From Eledone cirrhosa (Eukaryota): DNA of 64,000 nucleotides. Under the pieces are notes generated by a model, which was given only the letters and a program-made list of their open reading frames with translations, made no database searches and was not told the origin of the DNA. Shown piece by piece: positions 11,654 through 25,496 of this stretch (its first letter is position 1; each line of letters opens with the position of its first letter). Both the position numbers and the translations under genes were made by a program. The stretch lies in NCBI GenBank assembly GCA_964016885.1, contig OZ024742.1:16430001-16494000 (forward strand), read 5' to 3'.

Positions 11654-13645
11654 ATGGCTGAGCCCCCTCTTCCCCCACCAACGATATGTCTGCTGTCGTG
11701 CGACAACTAGGTAAAAGTTAAGGGGAGCGCTACGGCGAAATTAACAGACATTGATACAACAAACACCACCACAAACAATGTGAATAAAGACAGCAATGAC
11801 AACACTGAGAACTCGAAATTTTGAAAAAAAATGACAGTAACAGCGACAACGAAAATACAGATAACAAAAAAAAATAACAAATGCAACAACAATATCAACA
11901 CCACTAACATGAAAACAAATAGCAACAACACCAACAGCAACAATACCAACTGCACCGAGAACAACGGCGGCACCAAAGACAACAATGATAACAGCGACAG
12001 TGCTAACAACAACACCAACAAGAAAAACGACAACAACAACAACACCCCCAACGACAACAAGAAGAACACTTTCATGGCGGCAGCTGTACAAAGGAGGCCA
12101 TGCTTCAACATGGACCTCTCAAACAAAGATGAAAAGTTGGCCCAGGCCTGGAAGCTCATCAAGCAAGAGCAAACCTGGGCCAACTTAACTGTCCCGGTAG
12201 AAGCTATTGAGGCAGTGGAGTGCAGAACGGTGCATTATAGATGCATCTCAGCACAAACCAAAAGGGCAGCTTTAATCCCACAAGAAGATGTCGAAGTCGC
12301 GCTGAGGTGCACCAGAGAAGACACCGAATACATAGAGAGGGCAGACAGTACGGCACCATGTCGGTGTTGTTCAAGTCAGAAACCTTCGCTATGAAACACG
12401 CTATGACTCCTTGCAAAACCAGCAAGGTCATAATGTACCCCTCCCACATGGGAAAAAGAACGGCCCGTCTCCGCATTCCCAGAATTCCACCAGGACTTGA
12501 CATGTGGTGGCTTCTGGGATGTGTGATTGTGGAGGGGACGGATACCGTCCCGATAGAAGTGACAAGAACGGCCAGAGAGGACTGCTCCGGGGTTGACCTG
12601 GAGATACTTCTCCAGATCAGGCCCGAGAATGTGAAGACAATCCCGGACCACATCCGCCTTCAGAATGGGACGGTCATTCACATTATGACCGAAGGCAAAA
12701 GGCCGCATTGTTTTGTTTGTGGGGAAAAAAACCCATTTGGAGCCTTCTGCCCTCAACTGCTGAAAGATGCAAGGGGTCGAAGGGCTTCACTGCTGCCGAC
12801 GCCGGGGAGAGGACCACAACCAACACCAGCACCGGAAAAACCACCAACAACAACACCAATAGAAAGACCACCACCAACATTGACCACCCAGGGGGGAAAC
12901 GAGGAAAGCTGTCAAATCCCCCCCCCCCCCAAAAAAAAAATACACACACCAATAAAACCATAAACATACATACAGACACACTTACAGACACAGACTCCTC
13001 ATCTACCAGTAGTGAAGATGATGGAAATCCCAAATCCCCCAAAATACAAAAAAGGAAACACAAAAAGAAAAAAAAAACTTAACAAAGCACAAAAGCACCC
13101 ACAATAAAATAACGCAGACACCACCCACGCAAACATCTCTCCAATAACACCAACACCACCATCACCATCACCAGAATCCCCCAAACGCAAACAACCGAAA
13201 CAGACGCAAGAACAAATATAAACACAAACATCTGAAACCACAGACACCGCACTCACAACAAACACAGACACAACCGGAACAACACCACCAAAACCATCAC
13301 CACCACAGCCACGCAAACAAATAAAATCACACCAACAAAACATACAAAACTTCGTGCTCGTCAGGAGGGCCAACAAGGACTTGATGGCCCTCGTAGCACG
13401 AAGTGAGAATGCACAAAGTGGGGGGAACATTTTTTAAATCGAGCACATTTCGCATGCCGGAAGATTTGTTTCTGGTGCGAATGTCGCTCGATTTATACAA
13501 AAAAATACGAGACAGCTTTCTTCGGGACGTGGGAACCCCGAACGTAAAACCCACTTCAAGACTTTTAAAGGGGTTCCCAAAAGAAACTCCACCAACTATG
13601 GAGGTCGAACAACCCGACCTTCACAAGAGCCCGGAAGGTAAGTAA
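11654..13645 (+). pseudogene. E3 ORF1, frameshifted
   Basis: Asn-rich N-terminus; EGKRPHCFVCGEKNPFGAFC is a degenerate knuckle; ends SPEGK*. Confidence 0.72.
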
Positions 13646-13678
13646 ACCTTTCCTCTCTCTCTCTTTTAACCTGCCAAC

Positions 13679-16600
13679 ATGGCCGTATTAAGAGTAGGAA
13701 GTTTAAATGTTCGAGGCCTGGGATCGTCCTGGAAGCAGGGTCACCTGCTCAACGACCTCAGGTCTCTAGAAATGGATGTAATTGCCGTCAGCGAGACCAG
13801 GATTTCCGACACGCGTACTAGTCCCCATTTTCGACAACTATCAGATCTTTGCATCTGTTAGTCGGCCGGGAATGGGAGGTGGGGTGGCAGTGTTGTTTAG
13901 GAAAGGCCTGGATCTCGAGGTAAGGTCGATCTTCCGGGACCCGGACGGGAAGTTGGTGGTCCTGGACGTGAACAATAACGAAGGTGGTGCCTTTAGACTG
14001 GTGGCCGTCTACGCCCCTACTGGGGCAGGACGGCCGGACTTCTTTAGACTCCTGGAAGCCTTTCTTGGTACGTCTCGCCCTTTACTGTTAGCGAGGGACT
14101 GGTACGGCATCTTAGACGCACGCTGGACTGTGTGGGAGTATCCGATAGGAGCGGGGGTGCAAAAGCCTCAAGAACCTGATCAGCCAGTTCCAACTGTCTG
14201 ACAGTTACCATCTAGATTTCCCTAATGCGCCAGTGTAGATCTGGACTAACCGCACAGGGTCATCTAGATCGTATATAGACAGGATATTCATTAGGAAAAT
14301 AGACAGAAATAGTGTAAGCTGTCCATGTTTTGAAACAGTCGCCTATTCAAATCACAAGTTTGTGATCTGTATGGTCGACCTAGATAAGACGCGTAGGTTA
14401 GGACCTCGTTACTGGAAGCTAAACATGTCATGTCCGGCACGTAAGACTTACATGGACCAGGTCAACAATTTAGTTAAGAAAACGTGGACAGGGGAATCGT
14501 CAACAATAGATGGTGGGGGGGGGGTCTCTCAAAAGAGAGATTAGATTAATGTCGATAGAGTTTAGCAAAGAAGTAGCGTTAGAGAAAAATAGAAAGGAGG
14601 GGGAGTTGGTAGATAAGTCAGACGAGGCTGTTGGTAGTGGCATTGCAACTGACGTGCTAGCAGCGAGAATAGCATTAGACCATTTCTTCAATGCGAAACA
14701 CGAAGGTTGCATTGTCAGAGCTAAGGCGCGTGCTCTGAGAAACGAGGGAACCAAAGCTGTTCGATGGGACCGCGTGGCAGAGGCACAGCGTGGTGATAAA
14801 ACCACGATTCGGTCTTTGACGGACCGAGACTGACAGGAGCTGAACGATTCCAAGCGGATGTGTGAGGCCTTTCGCCAACATTTTGCTCGGTTGTTCGAGG
14901 GAAGTGGCGGGTCAGAGATGGTGACGGACTTCAGTCCCTACCTCGATGGCTTGCCGCAAGTCTCGACGGCTGACACTGGGCGCTGCGAAAGGCCGATTAC
15001 TTCAGCCGAGATTCAGGATGCCCTTGTCCTGCATGAGGCGCATGTCACCTGCCCTATGAGCTTTACGTAAGTATGCCAGACTTGTTCTCCAATCTCCTCG
15101 AAGCGCTCTACTGCAACTGGCAGCAGAATGGGAGTATTCCCAGTTCTGTGAGCCGGGGCGTAGTGACGCTGATAAGGAAAGACGAGAACACGAGGGACAC
15201 ATTAGACAATTTCAGGCCCATAACTCTGCTCAATACAGAGTTTAAGATTTTGGCCAGGGCGTTAGCGAAGAGGTTGGCGCTTGCCGTCGGGGATTTGGTT
15301 GGGGAGGCGCAAACTTGCGCAATCCCAACCAGGTCCATACACGACAACCTCTACCTAATGTGATACATCATAGATAGGGTAGGGTGTAAACCTGGCTTTG
15401 GTGGGGCTCTGATCAATTTATATCAATCGAAAGCATTCGATAGGATCGATCATCGGTACCCGAAGGCTGTCCTCAAGGCGGCTGGCTTCGGCTCCGTCTT
15501 CAGAAGCTGGATCGCTGCAATGCACAGCGGTACCTGCTCGGTGGTCAAAATTAATGGCCACCTCTCGGAACCGTTTCAGGTCTCCCGATTGGTCCACCAA
15601 GGGTGCCCTCTCTCCTCCGTTCTGTACGTATTGACTCTCGAGCCATTACTGTGGAAGCTGGAGCTGTTGCAGATCATCCCGCTCGAATCGGGACGCGGAA
15701 AGGCTGTGTCGGCTTCTACGGACGACATCACCGTGATGGTGTCGGACACCTCAGAAATCAAGGTGGTCGGCAACTTTATTGGAGGAATATGAAAGGTTGA
15801 TGAGAGCATAACTTAACCAGGAAAAATCGGTGGGCTTGCAACTCGGCACCTGGAGAGGCAAGTCCATGCCGTCCAACAGCGTCGTTAGGCGCTGGACGGA
15901 TGGACCGGTAAAGTTGCTAGGGGTTTGGTTCGGGCCAGACCTCCAGGTGGATAAGAATTGGGACGAGGTGACGGGCAGGGTAGCCAGTCTCACCCAGAAA
16001 TGGGCTGGGAGCAAGCTATTACTGAAAGGTCGGGCGGAGGTGGCGAACGCGTACATCGCGTCCGTCATCTACTACCGTATGACTGTCGTCCCTTGCCCCC
16101 GTTCGCGCCCCGCCATCTTGGAACGACTCCTCTTCAAATTCTTGTGGAGAGGTCAGGTTCAGCTGGTGAGGCGGTCCATCTGCTGCCAGCACCCTCTACG
16201 TGGAGGGCTGGGCATGCCGTGGCTAATGATGCGCAGGCACGCGCTGAGGCTGCGGCATCTCCATATATTCTGCCTAAACGGTGAACAGGTGTGGTCGCCG
16301 TTTGTCAGACGGGCCTTCCGCAGCTCGTCTCTTTGACTGAGCTGCAGTCCTGTGTCAAGAAGAGACCGAGACTGGGTGACTGGCATCTGGAATGTTGCCA
16401 GGCACTCACTGCCTTCTACCAGGCGGGCAATGTGGTCAGTGGAACTTCCACTCTCGAGTTCTATAGAGAATTAGTGGTGGGAAGTGCGACGACGCACTCG
16501 GAGAGGCTCTGGGAGTCGACGAAGTCGAACTAACCAGTCTGTTCCGGAGGACTTTCGAGCCGGGGACTTCCGATAATTTCCAAAAATCACTCACTTGGCA

Positions 16601-17084
16601 GTGCTACCGGGGGGCACTGCTGGTTCAAGATAAACTCTCCAGGCTCGGAAGTGTTGTCAGACGGACCTGCCCAAGATGCGCGCAGAGCGACGAAACCGTT
16701 CTGCACGCACTCGTCCAGTGTCCGTGCATTACTGATTTGTGGAGTTATGTCGAACAGCTGTTGTCGCGTGTACAACGGATCCGGCTATCGGCCGAGTCCA
16801 TAGTGAAGATCGACCCGCCTCCTTCCTTTGGCCAGGAAGGGCAGGCAATTTTCCTCTGTCTGGTGGCAGTAGCGAAAGAGGTTGTATGGTGGACGAGGTT
16901 GAAAGGACTGAAGACAGACACTTTTCTCTTCGGCCAATCCCTCATCAACTTTTTCAAGTTCCACTTGGAAAGGAAGGTGAGGGTGGAGAGAGAAGTGCTG
17001 CTCCCCAGTACATTTGCTGAAAGATGGGGGAATGTGGCGAGAATGGCCCGTGTGAGTGGGCCTACTCTGGTCATGCGGCTGTAG
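13679..17084 (+). pseudogene. E3 ORF2 (APE-RT), heavily disrupted
   Basis: Starts MAVLRVGSLNVRGLG; RT motifs spread over many short ORFs. Confidence 0.9.
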
Positions 17085-17345
17085 GTGGGTAAATTTGAGG
17101 AGAAGAGGGGTGCCCTTCCAGGGTGCTCTCGAAGCGTCGGGTCGTTCAGGATTGGTGGGGTACCTGAGCGAACCCTGGGTGGTAATCCCCCCTATTGGGG
17201 AATTTTTTCTTGTTGTATTTTTATTACTTTGTTATTGTTATTCATATTGTTTACTCCATTTTTCTGTAAAACCCCACTGTCCCAGTCTTTTGTATTGTCC
17301 CCTATATGTCGGCCCTTGTGGCCAGTAAATGAAATCATTATCGTA

Positions 17346-17382
<37 letters not shown>

Positions 17383-17468
17383 TTACTATTACTACTACTA
17401 CTACATACACCACCACCACCACCGCCACTACTACTACTACTACTACCGCCGCCCCACCACCACCACTG

Positions 17469-17518
<50 letters not shown>

Positions 17519-17565
17519 GCTACTACTACCGCCCCACCACCACCACCACCACCACCACCACCACC

Positions 17566-17630
<65 letters not shown>
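17346..17630. repeat. (ACT)n/(ACC)n compound microsatellite
   Basis: Read directly from the sequence. Confidence 0.95.
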
Positions 17631-17632
<2 letters not shown>

Positions 17633-17768
17633 ATCAGCTGTTCGCTACCAACATAAGTAATGTTAGAAGTGATACCGTTGGTTGTCCCCAATATATATAT
17701 TACAGCCAACACATCTATTATAAGAGAAAGTACTTATAATCAGTAGAATAACATATTTATTATTGTTA

Positions 17769-17958
17769 CAGGCGGTGAATTGGTAGTATCGGTAGAGGGT
17801 CGGATGCCATGCTTTGACGCATAGAGTTACGGCCCTTGCCATTCTGAGTTCAAATCCCGTCGAGGTTAACTTTGCCTTTCATCCTAACGGGGGTCGATGA
17901 AATAAAGTACCAGTAATACACTGGGATAATTAATGGCCTTGTGCTTATTGTAGAAACA
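17769..17958 (+). mobile_element. tRNA-derived SINE family A with 10-bp TSD
   Basis: A-box-like TGGTAGTATCGG, B box GAGTTCAAATCC; ATTATTGTTA at 17759-17768 and 17959-17968. Confidence 0.88.
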
Positions 17959-18282
17959 ATTATTGTTATGGTCATTTGCAATGTTGCTATAGCTTTCATA
18001 GATCCCCATTGATATTGGAATCATTACCAACGTCTTTAATACTAGATTGTTTAAATAGCTGATCAAATATCCTGAAATTCCGTCAGTTCTAGATTAGAAG
18101 TTGGAGAGCTGGAGAGTGAGACAAAAGACTATAAAAAACTCATTTGGGAAACAAAGGGAAACAAAGATTTTGTCTTGAACATAAATGTAGGGGAAAAATC
18201 TATTTTGGTTTTGAAATCCATCTGAGTAAATATATAAGCATACATGTATATATGTACATGACATGTGTATGTATGTATGATT

Positions 18283-19290
<1,008 letters not shown>

Positions 19291-19610
19291 AATAAATAAT
19301 GGTATCTAAGAAACAGGGTTCTGTAATACCGCTCAAACAACAGTAAACATAGTGACAACTGCTGGGCTTTTGAACAATGTTTCACCTTATTTATCCCTCA
19401 TTATATATTCAATAAATTACTAGGTATGTAGGCTAAAATAGTTTCAATATTGGAATTCAAATCTGTTGAATTTACTAAATTTATATTCAAATTTGATTAA
19501 AATCTTTTTAATAGAATTTTCGAAACTACCTAGTTTCGAAAAGTCTATTAAAAACACTATAAAACATCAACACTATAAACACAGAGCTGGTATATCTAAG
19601 AACTGACTAA

Positions 19611-19664
19611 CTTCCTGATGAGGTCATAGCCATTCAATGGCTATCATCAAAATATATATAGCAG
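19611..19664 (+). ncRNA. Degenerate type I hammerhead-like motif
   Basis: CTGATGA, then a 9-bp stem ATAGCCATT/AATGGCTAT; GAAA reads AAAA; then TATATATA-GCAG and a downstream AATAAA. Confidence 0.4.
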
Positions 19665-19706
19665 TAAATAAAGGATTATGAGTTCATGCAATTGACTTAT
19701 GTTTCG

Positions 19707-19742
<36 letters not shown>

Positions 19743-20047
19743 ATTGGTTTGATGTACATTGATATATAGAGGTATGATTAGAAGAGAGTTCCGTGTAGTA
19801 GATATATATTTCTATTTATTTGCCACCAGGGCATCACAGATTGGGACAAATACAAAGGGGGGAGTTTACATACATTTAAAAATACGTGTAAAAAACATAT
19901 AACAAATTAAATTTAACAATCGATGTCCTCAATAAGGAGGGGCGTTGACATGGGTCGCACACACTCCCGAAAAAATGTGCAACCCTCCTCTTCAGGAGCA
20001 CAAAGAGCGGGGGCTTCCTTCCTCTTCTCATTCTTCTCCTCTCTCAC

Positions 20048-23000
20048 CTACAGGCTGATATAGAGAGAAGGCCCATTCACTCGGGCCATTCTCGCTACTT
20101 TCACCCATCTTTCATAAAACTTGCTGGGGTAGAGCACCTCTCTCTCCATTCTGATCCTTCTTCTAAAGTGGTACTTGAAAAAAAAGACCAGTTGTTGGCC
20201 GGAGAGAAAGGTGTCTGACCTCAGCCCTTTCAACCTTGTCCACCATACAACTTCTTTCGCCATGGCTATCACACAAAGGAAAACCGCATCTCCTTCGTTT
20301 TTGAAAGGGGGAGGCGGTTTGATTGTGACAATGTTCTCGGTGGTCAACCGGATTGGTCCCACCCGCGACAGTAGTCGCTCTACATAGCCCCACAGGTCAG
20401 CAACGCCCGGGCAGTGTACGAATGCGTGTGCGACGGTTTCCTCGTCACGCACGCATCTTGGACAGATCTTCTTCGAGGGGTCCCTACCCGGGCGCCCGTG
20501 TCTGTAGAGCTTGTCCCGAACGGGTAGAGCTCCTCGGTAACATTGCCAAGCCAGGGACTTTTGTAAGTTGTCCATCCGTCCCGGGCCAAACGTCCTACCG
20601 AACAGACTGGCCAGAGCCTCTCCGAGAGCGTCGTCGCACATACTGCGCACCAACCCTCTATAGAATGTTGAGGTTGAGTCTCCACTGATTGCCGGATCCG
20701 CTTGCCAGAGGGCCGTGAGCGCCTGGGCACATTCAATGTGCCAGTCACCCACTTTTCTCGGTCTTTGCTTGACCCAGGATTGCAGCTCGGTGAGTGAGAC
20801 GAGTCTCAGAAAGGCTCGCCTCACAAACAGGGCCCACACCGGCTGACCGGTGAGGAATACCAGGAGGTGCCGTAGCCTTAATGCGTCTCTACGCATCGTC
20901 AGCCACGGCAACCCCAGCCCTCCGTTAGAAGGGTGTTGACAGCAGATGGATCTTCTCACCAAAGGAGCCCGCTTCTTCCAAAGAAATCGGAAAAGCGCGC
21001 GCTCCATTTTGGCGAGTGTTTTCTCTGGGCAAGGCACGACGGTCAAGCGGTAGTAGATGACGGACGCTATATAAGCGTTCGCCACCTCCGCTCGACCTTT
21101 CAGGGATAGTTTGCACTCGGCCCACTTCTGAGCGAGTGCAAACACCTTGCCCGTTACCTCGTCCCAGCTTTTCTCCCCCTGGAGGTCCGGTCCGAACCAG
21201 ACCCCGAGCAGCTTCACCGGTCCCTCCGTCCAGCGTCCGACGATGCCGTCGGAGGGCATCGTTTTTCCCCTCCACGTCCCGAGTTGCAAACCGACGGACT
21301 TGTCCCGGTTCAGCTTGGCTCCTGTGAACCTTTCATATTCTTCCAGTAAGGTGCCGATCTGCCCGATTTCCGAGGCGCACGACACCATTACTGTCACGTC
21401 ATCGGCGTAGGCCGACACCGCTTTCCGCAATCCCGGTTCCAAGGGGATGCCCTGCAACAGCTCCAGCTTCAGCAGTAGTGGCTCGAGAGCCAGCACATAC
21501 AGGAGGGAGGAGAGAGGGCATCCCTGTCGAATGGATCGCGTGATTTGGAACGGCTCCGAGAGGTAGCCGTTCACCTTGACCCTCGAGCAGGTGTTGCTGC
21601 TGTGCATTGCAGCAATCCAGCCCCTGAAAACGGGTCCGTGGCCTGCCACCGCGAGCACCGCATCCAGGTACCGATGGTCAACCCTATCGAACGCTTTAGA
21701 TTGATCCAAGCTGATCAGGGCCCCACCAAAGCCGGGTTCGTTCCCTACCCTCTCTACGATGTATCGCATGAGGTGGAGGTTGTCGTGTATGGACATGGAC
21801 GGGATTGCGCATGTCTGCGCTTCTCCCACCAGGTTCCCGACGACAAGCGCCAACCTCTTCGCTAACACCTTGGCCAAAATCTTTAACTCTGTGTTTAGCA
21901 GAGTTATGGGCCTGAAGTTATCTATGTCATCCCCCTTGTTCTCGTCCTTCCTCACCAGCGTGACTACGCCCTTGGTCACAGAACTGGGAATTCTCCCGTT
22001 CTGTTGCCAGTTGCAGTAGACCGCCTCGAGGAGACCGGAGAACAAGCCCGGCATCGCTACATAAAGTTCGTATGGTAGACCATCGAGACCCGGAGATTTG
22101 CGTTTGCCGCATTGGCTCAGCGCTTCCCCTATTTCAGCGGCTGAAATCGGCCTCTCGCAGGACTTCGCCTCCCCGTCCGAGAGCCGCGCCAGACCGTCGA
22201 GGTATGGACCGCAATCCATGGCCCCACCCGGCCCGCCGCCCCTCCCGAACAGTCGTGCAAAGTGCCGTTGAAAGGCCGCGCTCATCCGCTCAGGTTCAAG
22301 GATCACGCGTCCATCCTGGTCCTTCAAAGACCGAATCGTGGACTTGTTTCCGCTTTTTACCTCTGTCACTCGGGCCCAGCTAACAGCTTTGGTCCCCTCG
22401 TTACCCAGAGCACGTATTTTACTCCTGACAACGCAGTCCTCGTGCTTCGCATCAAAGAACTGGTCTAGGGCCGTTCTTGACGCCAGCACGCCGGCCACGT
22501 TGCCACTCCTAATTGCCTCTTCTACTCTATTTGTTAATTCCCTTTCAGTTCTATTCCTACCTGATGCTAATTCCCGACTAAAACCTATCGATTCTATTCT
22601 AATTTCTCTCTTGAGAGAGCTCCACCACCTGTTGTTGACAATTTCCCCCGTCAAACGCTGCTTAACTAGTGTGCTAATCCGCTTACTGTAAGCTTTGTTT
22701 GTCGGTAAAGACAAGTTTAGCTTCCAGTAACCGGGTGCCTGTCTATGAGTTCTATCAAGGTTGACCACTCCGGTCACCAACTTGTGATCCGAATAGTCAA
22801 CCATGAACATTCGTGGACAGCTTAATATGTCCCTATCCATATTTCTAACTAGGAACCTATCTAGGTACGACCTAGATGTTCCGCTGCGATTACTCCACAT
22901 CCACCGTGGCACAGTCGGAAAATCTAGTCGATATCTATCGGCCAGATCAAATCGGCCGATTAATCGTTTGAGGCTGTTACACCCCCCTCTATCGGGACAT

Positions 23001-23464
23001 GCCCCTACATAGTCCCAACGTGCATCCAGGATACCATTCCAGTCCCCCACTAAAAGCAAGGAGCGAGACGTTCCCAGGAAATTCTCCAGGCGTCGTAAGA
23101 AGTCCGGTCACGGTGTCCCAGATGGGGCATACGCTACCACCAACCTGAAAGCTCCACCTTCACCACTGCCGACGTCTAAAACCACCAGTCGACCCTCCGG
23201 GTCCAGGTGTACCTTCTGTGTGGCAAGACCCAGGTATTTTCGCAGCAGAACGACAACCCCACCCCCACCCCTCGGCTGACAGAGAGATGCGTAGATCTCA
23301 TAGTCGTCGAAGATGGGGGCCAGTTGGCGCTCGCTGCTGATCCTGGACTCGCAAATAACCATTACATCCACTCTGTGCGACCTGAGGTCATGTAAGAGTT
23401 TGCCCTGTTTCCAGGACATCCCCAAGCCGCGTGCATTCACACATCCAACTCTTATATTGGCCAT
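20048..23464 (-). pseudogene. E4 ORF2 (APE endonuclease-RT-Cys), one frameshift
   Basis: ORF 23464-23108 (MANIRVGCVNARGL..VICES..VVAYAP) plus the 1003-aa ORF 23059-20048 (VGDWN, YLDR, SDH, YADD, CPRC..H..C). Confidence 0.93.
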
Positions 23465-23506
23465 GTTGGTGCTGAAGAGGTAAAAAGGAAGAGGAAAGGA
23501 AATGAC

Positions 23507-25300
23507 TTACCTCTTCGTCTCCTGGGGACCAGGCTGCACAATTTCCATGGGGGTGTTGGAAGGGTTGTTTGGTGGGGTGGTGGTTTGTGGTGGGGTGAGG
23601 ACATCAGTGTGTGGTGGGATTAGGGTGTTTGGTGGGGTGTGGGTGTCTGGTGTGGGGGTGGAGAAACATCTCAATAGGACGCTGTTATGTGGTTTGGTGC
23701 AGTTGGTCCCCACATGCATTGGATGGTTCTTTTTCAAAGTTACATAGGTTTCCGTTGGGACCCTAATCATCATTAGGTGCGGTTTGTTCGCTGCGTAGGT
23801 GAAAGTGATCCCTTCGGTTTCCACCGAAGGGTTATTTTCTATCGCTTTCATCAACGTTTTATTGTTCTTGTTAATGTATGTATAGAGTTTTTGTTGTGTT
23901 GTGTTTGTTTTTGTTTGTTGTTCTTGTGCGTGTTTGCGTTTTGTAGTACGTGTTATGTTTTGGGGAGGGGTGGGTTTTTTTATTTGTGATGTTTGTTCTG
24001 TTTGTGCTGGTGGTTGTGTGTTTGTGGCATTTTTGTTAATGTGGTGCCTTTTTTTTCCTTTTCACCTGTTGAAAGGGTTCTCCCTCGTCGTCACTGGGTG
24101 ACGTTGATACGGAGTCCTCTTCTGTGTTGTTGGGGAGGGGTATCTTTTGGGGTTTTGTTGTGGTTGCTTTTGTATTTGTTTTAGGTGGGGAGGGGTTGGG
24201 TGGAACAGTGTTTTGTGTTGTTATTTTCCGTGTTGTTGTGGTTGTTGTTGTTGTTGTTGTTGTTGTTGTGGTGGTGGTGGTGGTTGTGTTGTTGTGTTCG
24301 GTGTTGGCAGAAGAGCCTTTTTTTTTTTACTCATTAATTGAGGACAGGCAGCCCTCAGGTGACCCCTGCTTAAGCAGTGGTAACATAACGGCTGCCTTCC
24401 CTCCACTGAAATGTTTATATAAGTTAGCCCGTCCAGAGGCACGCGTTGTGGGATATTCGCTATTCGTTCTGGACTCATTTGCACCAGAACTTCTACGGTG
24501 GTCCCACCAAATACACCTCCGGAGGACTTTCCTATTGAAATTATCTTGTCTTCGTCAAAGTTAATTATTCCACATAGTATCCACCAAATATTTACATTTG
24601 GTGTGATACTCATTATTTTTATTCTTTGTGTCCTTTTTCCCCTGTATGTGGGGAAAAAGGTGAAGCGGGGGCACACAATGGGTGCTACCGAGTACTTTTG
24701 AGCTGTTGACTGGTTGTTCATTAGCACCGAAATGCTACCAAACAGTTTACCTTTTTGTATGAAGGTTAAGTCCTTCATTGCATCTTTTAGAACCAGTTCA
24801 ATTTCATTTTGTGATAATTGAGCTGGTTTTCTTGTTTCGTTCGATATTGTCCTGAAAACCACAGTTTTCAGGACAGCCTCTCTACGTAATTCCTGTGGAG
24901 AATTGATGCTAAAAGCACCGTTTTCGCCAAAAGTCACGAATTGTTTTGCGTCTTGTAATAGTTGTTTAGCATTTGTTATGTCTATTGGCGTGTATAGTTC
25001 GTTTTTTTTTACAGTCTGTGCGAATGTTGTTTTGGTGTTGTTGTCTTTTTTATTACTGTCACTGTTGGTAATATTGGTGTTGCTATTGTTGCAGTTGTTG
25101 GTTGTGGTGTTATTGTCATTGTTCTTGTTGTTGGTGCTGGTATTATTTACCGGGTTTGGTTTCGTGGTTTCGATATTTTTCACGTTTTTCGATGATGCGA
25201 GGGGGGAAGGCTGCAAGCTTTGTATAACTACCTTCCCTCCACCACTTTTCTTAGTGGGCGTGGCACTCACGACAGTGTGCAAGGTGGAAATGGCATCCAT
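23507..25300 (-). pseudogene. E4 ORF1 (gag-like, CCHC), frameshifted in its low-complexity tail
   Basis: ORF 25429-24221 (likely ATG at 25300) plus 23854-23507 ending QETKR*. Confidence 0.8.
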
Positions 25301-25496
25301 TGCCACCAAGTCTACAGTTTCTAGATGAAAATTGAAAATTTCGCCCCAGAAAGGGGCGAAAATTAGTTGACTCAACGTCTGACGGCCCAGGCAAGGGGTT
25401 AAACTAAACAATGTTATTAAATTGAGCACTAAACTCAGTTTTTTTTACAACAATCCGTAAAAATCCGGAGCAAAGTAAATCACGTCTATATCAAGT

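Larger units (their letters stand above)
11455..17335 (+). mobile_element. L1/Tx1-clade LINE copy E3, full length with 19-bp TSD
   Basis: CATTATCGTAACTACTACT occurs at 11436-11454 and 17336-17354, with ORF1 and ORF2 relics between. Confidence 0.95.
19808..25495 (-). mobile_element. L1/Tx1-clade LINE copy E4, full length and nearly intact
   Basis: ORF1 with CYHCLSRGHLRAAC knuckle; ORF2 has one visible frameshift near 23110; 3' end GCCCTGGTGGCAAATAAATAGAAAT. No clear TSD. Confidence 0.95.

Noticed and set aside
17769-17860. tRNA gene
   Set aside because: The A/B boxes are followed by the SINE body, tail and TSD, and no cloverleaf is evident.
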